Positions 58,218-64,000 of a stretch of DNA of 64,000 nucleotides are shown one piece after another; within the stretch, counting starts at the first letter, position 1; the number at the start of each line of letters is the position of its first letter. The DNA comes from a virus. Taxonomy: Duplodnaviria; Caudoviricetes. The translations under genes and the position numbers were made by a program. The stretch spans positions 95,904 to 159,903 of IMG/VR virus record IMGVR_UViG_2920693923_000001; one strand, 5' to 3'. The notes under the pieces are model-generated. The model saw nothing but the letters and a program-made list of their open reading frames with translations. It was not told the DNA's origin and did not search any database.

Positions 58218-59501
58218 TTGGGCAAAGATCTAAAAGGAAAAGAATTAGGGCAAGGTATCGTCCAAAAAAAGAGTGGTAGATATGAAGCAAGATATGTTGA
58301 TCGTTTTGGCAAAAGAATATCGATTTCAGGCAACGATTTAAAAGATGTCAAAAAGCGATACAATGAAGCATTGTATGAAAATGATAAACAAATCAACATC
58401 AGAGAGAATATCACACTCGATGAGTGGTATAAAGAATGGATGGATGTTTATAAGTTTGATGTTATACGAGAAAATACAAAAAAATATTACAACACAGTAT
58501 ACAAAAAGCATATATCACCTTATCTTGGAATGTTCAATTTAGCAGATATCACTCAATATCAAATTAAAAAGAGGCTCAAAGAGTTAAAAGAGAATGGGTA
58601 CAAATTTGAAACTTGTAATAAAGTAAAAATCTTATTGGTTGATATTTTTAATAAAGCTCTCATCAACGAATATGTGCGAAGAAATCCAGCAAAAGGGATC
58701 ACATTAAAAAGAGATGAGAAAAAAGATATTAGAGTATTAACCAGGGAAGAACAAGTAACCTTCTTCGATTGCTGTAAAGGCACATTCTACGACAATCTAT
58801 TCGTGACTGCTGTATCAACAGGAATGCGAATTGGAGAACTTGCAGCGTTAAAATGGGAAGATATTGATTGGGATCATATGGTTATCAATGTCAGAAAAAC
58901 GCTTGTATACCAAAAATATGAAAGTGATCCAAAAAAGGATTTTCATTTTGAAGACCCTAAGACAAGTACAAGTACAAGAAAAATACCAATTAATAGACAA
59001 TGTGAATTAGCCTTAAAGAAGCAGTTCATGCAAAAAAGAGCTGTAGCATCCAAACAGCCAATCACAAAAAATGTCAGGGAAGATTGTGCAGATTTGTTAT
59101 TCACAACAAGATTTAATACACCTTTAAATTCTCAAATTGTATGTGATGCAATCAACAAAATCATTGAAGAGATTAATCTAACAAAAGACTGTTTAGATGA
59201 AATGGAATCATTTTCTGCACATTGTTTTCGCCACACATTTGCCACACGTTGCTTTGAAGCTGGCATTGCACCAAAGACAGTACAAAAATATCTAGGACAT
59301 GCTACATTACAAATGACGATGGATTTATACACCTCTGTTATGCCACAGCATATGGAGACAGAGATGAATAAATTTGCAGATGTACTTGACACCATCTCTC
59401 AATCGGGTGATAATCTTGTCGAAAAACAATACAAAAATACCGTCCATAATGCTAAAATAACTGTTTTTCGTGGAGACTCAATGGGATATAACTGGTGTTA
59501 G
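58218..59501 (+). CDS. int: Tyrosine integrase with N-terminal arm-binding domain
   Basis: TGMRIGE, HCFRHTF, LGH, catalytic Y (MDLY); N-terminal GRYEARY. Confidence 0.93.
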   Translation: MGKDLKGKELGQGIVQKKSGRYEARYVDRFGKRISISGNDLKDVKKRYNEALYENDKQINIRENITLDEWYKEWMDVYKFDVIRENTKKYYNTVYKKHISPYLGMFNLADITQYQIKKRLKELKENGYKFETCNKVKILLVDIFNKALINEYVRRNPAKGITLKRDEKKDIRVLTREEQVTFFDCCKGTFYDNLFVTAVSTGMRIGELAALKWEDIDWDHMVINVRKTLVYQKYESDPKKDFHFEDPKTSTSTRKIPINRQCELALKKQFMQKRAVASKQPITKNVREDCADLLFTTRFNTPLNSQIVCDAINKIIEEINLTKDCLDEMESFSAHCFRHTFATRCFEAGIAPKTVQKYLGHATLQMTMDLYTSVMPQHMETEMNKFADVLDTISQSGDNLVEKQYKNTVHNAKITVFRGDSMGYNWC

Positions 59502-59520
59502 TGGAGACAAATATTCAAAG

Positions 59521-59600
59521 AATGGCTTAAAATAAGCATTTGTGAAGTACCAATTTTAACAACAAGAATATCTTATTACGTCTACCAGATAACCCCTTAT
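59521..59600. other. Putative attR region (prophage/host junction)
   Basis: Directly downstream of int; composition change; the exact core cannot be fixed without attL. Confidence 0.5.
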
Positions 59601-59631
59601 CTGTGGACAGAAAAGGCGGATAAAAAGAAAG

Positions 59632-61980
59632 ATGAAACAGCAGAATAAACGATTAATACTTCTATGTATAGCAGCTTTGTTGATATTGTTTATGGGAGCC
59701 GGGAAAAATACCGGAAATGTGCAGGCTGCGGAATCAGTAAAGAAACAGGAATTATCACAGGACGAGAACACACATACATTTTCAAATGCCAGTGACGGTT
59801 CCTTCCAATATGATTATGCAGTAAAGTCAGATTACTATAAAGGTATGGGTGTAGATGAGAGCACCGGACTGAAATATGCACTTGTAAGCTATGATGAGAA
59901 GCTGTGGGCGGTTGTAGTAACTAAGAAAAGTGAGTTTAATGGTTCCTATGATACCAGCTCTTATACAGGCAAGATGTCATTGAAATTTAAGCCGGCAACG
60001 ACAAAGACCGTGCTTCGGTTTTCAAAAAATAAAACCGGAAACACAGCTCTTGAAAAATGCTTTTACTATAGTGACGATTATTCCATTCTGACAACCGGTT
60101 TTTCAAAGGATATATATTACATTGACGGAACACCGGTAAAAGGAATCAAGAAGGTAGCGGGAACGTATTATTTCTTCCGGAAAGGAAAGCGGGTGGATGA
60201 AACCGGCTGGTATCCATATGGAAGATCACAGGTATATGTAAAGGATGGAAAGGCAATATTCCGCTTTTCAGGAGATGCCTGTTATTCATTTACAAATGGC
60301 AAGAAACAGCGTGTAACGGATCGTTACATCAGCGTTAAAGGCACAGTGTACTGGTTTGATGCAGCGGGTGCACTGGCACAGGGAATGAAACAGGCCGGCG
60401 GAGAATATTATTATCTGCGGGATGGTGTAAGCCGTCGGAACTATTATAAAAAGGTTGATCGTTATGGCTATTATTTTGGCGAAGATGGCAAAGCAGTAAG
60501 AGATACATGGGTAAATGTAAAAAATGCCATGATGTATTTTAATGCAAATGCACGTAATACAAAGACCTATTATCTGGATGGATATAAGGACAGCGAGCGG
60601 ATCGGAATGTATAAGATCTACAGTAAAAACAAATGGAATTTTGTAACAGATGGCATTTATAAGATCGATGGCTCATTTGTATATTTTAAAAATGGAAGAC
60701 ATTATACATCAACCAGATGGTACAGCTCAAATGATACGACCATGTATTATATCCGAAAGGGAGAAGTGCTCTATAAACGAAAACAGTCCGGAAACGGATA
60801 TGTGCTGTATCAGGCAAATGGAGTCAGATGGAAGAAAGTTTCCAGTATGTGGGCGCCATATAATAAAGGAAAAACCTTTTACTATGATAAAAATGGAACA
60901 AGTCTGTACCGGTATTTTAATGCCAGCTATTCAAAGAGCAAATACAGGAACACAGTATGGATCTATGATGCAGGAAGTTCCGGATGGCAGCAGGTAACAG
61001 ATAAATTATTAAATATTCATTCGGATTATTATTATATACCGGAAGATGGCGTGATAAAGGCAGAAGAGGGCTGGCAGACCATTGACAAAAAAACTGCAGT
61101 CTATACGGATGCTTCCGGAAAAGTATCAAAATACATATATTATGACAAGACCGGAAAATATTCCATATACAGAGAAGGACAGAAGCTGGATCAGATCGTT
61201 CCGGGGATTGTTACTGTCCAGATCAATGGCAAGACGGTATATTACCTGATGAATGAACAGGGACAGAGTGTATCTGGAAGTCAGTCCGTGGATGGATATC
61301 TATATGACTTTGATAAATATGGACGTGCATATAGCAGACGACTGGAAGGTTCTGTTTACTGGGATACGGATGCATGGATGAAGCGCGTGATCCTGGCATA
61401 TCTGGGTAAGACAAATATATATTGCAATGTATTTGTCGATCAGGCATTTGCACTTGCTGGTGGAGATGTTCCATCGCAGAAACTTGCGGTTCAGTATACA
61501 AGTCCGGAAAAAGGCGGTATCCTGTTAGATCGGATGTATACCGGAACGGAATGGGGCGGTGCCGGAACTGTGACCGGAAAAGTTGTTCTGTCAGATGGGA
61601 AAAGCTGGATGAAACAGGATTCGATTCAGTTGAATTCAGATATTGTAGATTTCTCATATGATGCATTAACTCCGGGAGACGTGATCGTATATTATAAAAA
61701 CGGAGAGACAGAGGCAAGCCATGTTTCCCTGTTTCTTGGTAAGTTTAAAAATGCGGCAGCGGTTAAGAAATATCTGATCCGGATGGGTGTTCCCAAACAG
61801 TTGGCGGAAGCCTGTGTCAAGGACTGGGGCGCTTATTATGATAATGATGGAACTTACTGGTGTATTCACGGTGGAATGGGAAGCAGTAGTCAGGTCTATA
61901 TCAGTAACAGTACTTATTGTATTCCGGCATCCGGCAATACATATACATATGGAAGAAAGATCATAAATGTGATCGACTGA
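59632..61980 (+). CDS. Host secreted protein with cell-wall-binding repeats and C-terminal Cys-His (NlpC/P60/CHAP-like) domain
   Basis: Signal peptide, aromatic YYF repeats, YCNVFV...PGDVIVY...HVSLF. Confidence 0.72.
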   Translation: MKQQNKRLILLCIAALLILFMGAGKNTGNVQAAESVKKQELSQDENTHTFSNASDGSFQYDYAVKSDYYKGMGVDESTGLKYALVSYDEKLWAVVVTKKSEFNGSYDTSSYTGKMSLKFKPATTKTVLRFSKNKTGNTALEKCFYYSDDYSILTTGFSKDIYYIDGTPVKGIKKVAGTYYFFRKGKRVDETGWYPYGRSQVYVKDGKAIFRFSGDACYSFTNGKKQRVTDRYISVKGTVYWFDAAGALAQGMKQAGGEYYYLRDGVSRRNYYKKVDRYGYYFGEDGKAVRDTWVNVKNAMMYFNANARNTKTYYLDGYKDSERIGMYKIYSKNKWNFVTDGIYKIDGSFVYFKNGRHYTSTRWYSSNDTTMYYIRKGEVLYKRKQSGNGYVLYQANGVRWKKVSSMWAPYNKGKTFYYDKNGTSLYRYFNASYSKSKYRNTVWIYDAGSSGWQQVTDKLLNIHSDYYYIPEDGVIKAEEGWQTIDKKTAVYTDASGKVSKYIYYDKTGKYSIYREGQKLDQIVPGIVTVQINGKTVYYLMNEQGQSVSGSQSVDGYLYDFDKYGRAYSRRLEGSVYWDTDAWMKRVILAYLGKTNIYCNVFVDQAFALAGGDVPSQKLAVQYTSPEKGGILLDRMYTGTEWGGAGTVTGKVVLSDGKSWMKQDSIQLNSDIVDFSYDALTPGDVIVYYKNGETEASHVSLFLGKFKNAAAVKKYLIRMGVPKQLAEACVKDWGAYYDNDGTYWCIHGGMGSSSQVYISNSTYCIPASGNTYTYGRKIINVID

Positions 61981-61987
61981 TAATACA

Positions 61988-62062
61988 AAAGCATTAGAAT
62001 GCGGATATTGCATGGTTGTATGTAACTTACAACAGCAAATTGTCCGTATCTAATGCTTTTTT
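61988..62062. terminator. Long inverted repeat between convergent host genes (bidirectional terminator)
   Basis: AAAAGCATTAGA...TCTAATGCTTTT with nested pairing. Confidence 0.65.
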
Positions 62063-62068
62063 AGATGT

Positions 62069-64000
62069 TTATTCCTCAGAAGATAATTCTTCCCACTGTT
62101 CATACATCGTGTTCAATTCTTCTTCTACAGAATTTCGTTCTTTTGTCAGATCATTTAACAGTGCAACATTTGTTGCATTTTCAGGAACCAGAAATTCTTC
62201 ATCAATTTCAGCCAGACGGTTTTCAAGCTGTTCGATCTTGTCTTCCAGCTTTTTCAGATCATTTGCTTTTTTCCGAAGTCTTGCCTGTTCGGCTTTGTTT
62301 TCCTTCCAAGAGAGCTTTGCCTGGGATTCTGCCTGTTTTTCCTGAGAGACAGTATCAGATACTGGTGCAAATGCCTGCTTTCCGGTGGAAGCCGGCTGGG
62401 CTCTGTGGCTTTCGTAGTAATCATAGTTTCCAATATAATTGGTTAACTGCTTATCCTTTAATTCGATGATCCTTGTTGCTGTCTGATTGATAAAATATCG
62501 ATCATGGGATACATAAAGGACTGTTCCGGTATAGTTCCGTATCGCTTCTTCAAGGATCTCCTTGGATGTGATATCCAGATGGTTGGTCGGCTCATCGAGA
62601 ATCAGGAAGTTTGCAGATGAGAGCATCATTTTGGCAAGGGATACACGCCCTTTTTCGCCCCCACTCAAGTCTGCGATCCGTTTGAACACATCCTCTCCGG
62701 TAAACAGAAAGGCGGCAAGAACGTTTCGGATCCTGGTATTGGTCAGGTCGGGATAGGCGTTGCTGATCTCGTCAAATACCGTATTGTTCATATTCAGGAC
62801 CTGATGCTCCTGATCGTAGTAACCGATCTTGACACGGGAGCCTAAGATGACAGTTCCGTCATCCTTTGGAACAAGCTTGTTGATGATCTTTAAGATCGTA
62901 GTCTTACCGGTTCCGTTTCCGCCGATCAGGGCGACATGCTCACCACGTTTGATCTCCATATTCAGATCGGAAAACAGATTATACTGTTCAAAGGCTTTGG
63001 ACAGCCCTTCGATCGTAAGTACATCTTCACCGCTGATAACGGATGGTTCCAGCGTCAGCCGCATTTCACTGTTTAATTCGGTTGGCTTGTCCAGACGTTC
63101 CACACGGTCTAACATTTTTTCACGGCTTTCTGCCCGTTTGATCGATTTTTCACGATTGAACTGCTTTAATTTTGTGATAACTTCTTCCTGATGCTTGATA
63201 TCTGCCTGCTGGTTTAAGTAGGCTTTCATCATATTTGTCCGGATCTCGGCGCGCTTTTGAGAGAAGTAGGTGTAGTTTCCGTTATATACGGTGCTGTGTC
63301 CACGATCAAGTTCTACGACCTTTGTTACGATCTTATCCAGAAAGTAACGGTCATGGGAGACAAGAATCACACTTCCCTGATATCCGGTTAGAAAGGTTTC
63401 AAGCCAACTGATCGAATCCATATCCAGATGGTTGGTCGGCTCATCCAAGATGATGATATCCGGTTTTGTAAGAAGAAGTCTGCCGAGTGAAAGACGGGTT
63501 TTTTGTCCGCCCGATAAGGTATCGGTATGACGGTCGAAATCTTCTTTGGAGAAGCCGAGACCTTTTAATACTCCGGTGATCTCACTTTCGTAGGCATATC
63601 CGTTTTTATATTCAAATTCATGTGTATAGCGGTTATAGGTTGAGAGGGCGGCTTTCAGTTCGTCGCCAGTCAGTGTTGTCATATCCTGTTCCAGTTTGCG
63701 GATCTTATCCTGAAGCTCGATCAAAGGCTTCATGGCATCCTCCATCACGCCGTATACCGTATCGTCATAGAAAATATCCTGATGCTGGGAAAGGTAACCG
63801 ATTGTACGGTCTTTTGATAAAACAATCTGTCCGGAATCTGCTTCTTCTTCCTGCATAATGATCTTTAATAATGTTGTTTTGCCTGCACCATTGATACCAA
63901 CGATCGCCATTTTTTCCTTATCTTCAAGATGAAAGGATACATTGTCGAGAATTACGTTGGTTCCGAATGCTTTACTTATATTTTGACAATCGAGAATCAT
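62069..64000 (-). CDS. Host ABC-F family ATP-binding protein
   Basis: Two ABC domains (GINGAGKT / GGNGTGKT, LSGGQ / LSGGE, LDEPTNHLD), no TM segments, C-terminal coiled coil. Confidence 0.93.
   Translation of the reverse strand: MILDCQNISKAFGTNVILDNVSFHLEDKEKMAIVGINGAGKTTLLKIIMQEEEADSGQIVLSKDRTIGYLSQHQDIFYDDTVYGVMEDAMKPLIELQDKIRKLEQDMTTLTGDELKAALSTYNRYTHEFEYKNGYAYESEITGVLKGLGFSKEDFDRHTDTLSGGQKTRLSLGRLLLTKPDIIILDEPTNHLDMDSISWLETFLTGYQGSVILVSHDRYFLDKIVTKVVELDRGHSTVYNGNYTYFSQKRAEIRTNMMKAYLNQQADIKHQEEVITKLKQFNREKSIKRAESREKMLDRVERLDKPTELNSEMRLTLEPSVISGEDVLTIEGLSKAFEQYNLFSDLNMEIKRGEHVALIGGNGTGKTTILKIINKLVPKDDGTVILGSRVKIGYYDQEHQVLNMNNTVFDEISNAYPDLTNTRIRNVLAAFLFTGEDVFKRIADLSGGEKGRVSLAKMMLSSANFLILDEPTNHLDITSKEILEEAIRNYTGTVLYVSHDRYFINQTATRIIELKDKQLTNYIGNYDYYESHRAQPASTGKQAFAPVSDTVSQEKQAESQAKLSWKENKAEQARLRKKANDLKKLEDKIEQLENRLAEIDEEFLVPENATNVALLNDLTKERNSVEEELNTMYEQWEELSSEE

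Larger units (their letters stand above)
1..59580 (+). mobile_element. Large temperate phage (prophage), right portion; SPbeta-like replication/nucleotide-metabolism arm ending in xis-int
   Basis: Co-oriented AT-rich phage-type genes (DnaE, DnaB, primase, ligase, NrdDG, dUTPase, many small ORFs), terminal excisionase and tyrosine integrase, then a shift to higher-GC host-like genes after ~59.6 kb. Confidence 0.9.

Noticed and set aside
6515-59395. Numerous minus-strand and alternative-frame ORFs of 60-160 aa in the track
   Set aside because: They are shadows of well-supported + strand genes, with no RBS or recognisable motifs.
1-64000. Reverse transcriptase, DGR, retron or group I/II intron
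   Set aside because: No RT motif in a suitable context, no template/variable repeat pair, and no interrupted core gene other than the intein.

Overview
About 59.5 kb of this window (1 to ~59,580) is the right-hand part of a large, AT-rich prophage, with nearly all genes on the + strand. Its gene order resembles SPbeta-like phages, and the host is probably a Lachnospiraceae-type Firmicute (both are inferences). From left to right it holds: a sigma-like factor; an IscB/omegaRNA element; tRNA-Gln; a long accessory region (Ca2+ P-type ATPase + 3 TerD + PspA-like operon, a circularly permuted C5 methyltransferase, GHKL ATPase, LemA, radical SAM, many small ORFs); a replication block (SSB-like, Sak4-like, DnaB, GIY-YIG homing endonuclease, primase, PD-(D/E)XK nuclease, DnaE, RecD2); a nucleotide-metabolism block (ligase, kinases, intein-containing NrdD, NrdG, dUTPase); and xis-int. 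Higher-GC host DNA follows, encoding a cell-wall-binding hydrolase and an ABC-F ATPase. Five observations stand out. (i) About 23 palindromic AAA-N6-TTTC sites with variable 6-bp spacers sit at gene junctions of the accessory regions and resemble the putative attR, suggesting a gene-cassette shuffling system or an operator array. (ii) The C5 methyltransferase has motif I at its C-terminus and a canonical -1 frameshift signal that appends extra variable-region modules. (iii) Tandem NrdR-like boxes lie far from any nrd gene. (iv) The phage carries a Ca2+-pump/TerD/PspA cassette. (v) Many genes appear to use ATA, ATT or ACG start codons. All calls come from reading the sequence by eye; no database searches were run.
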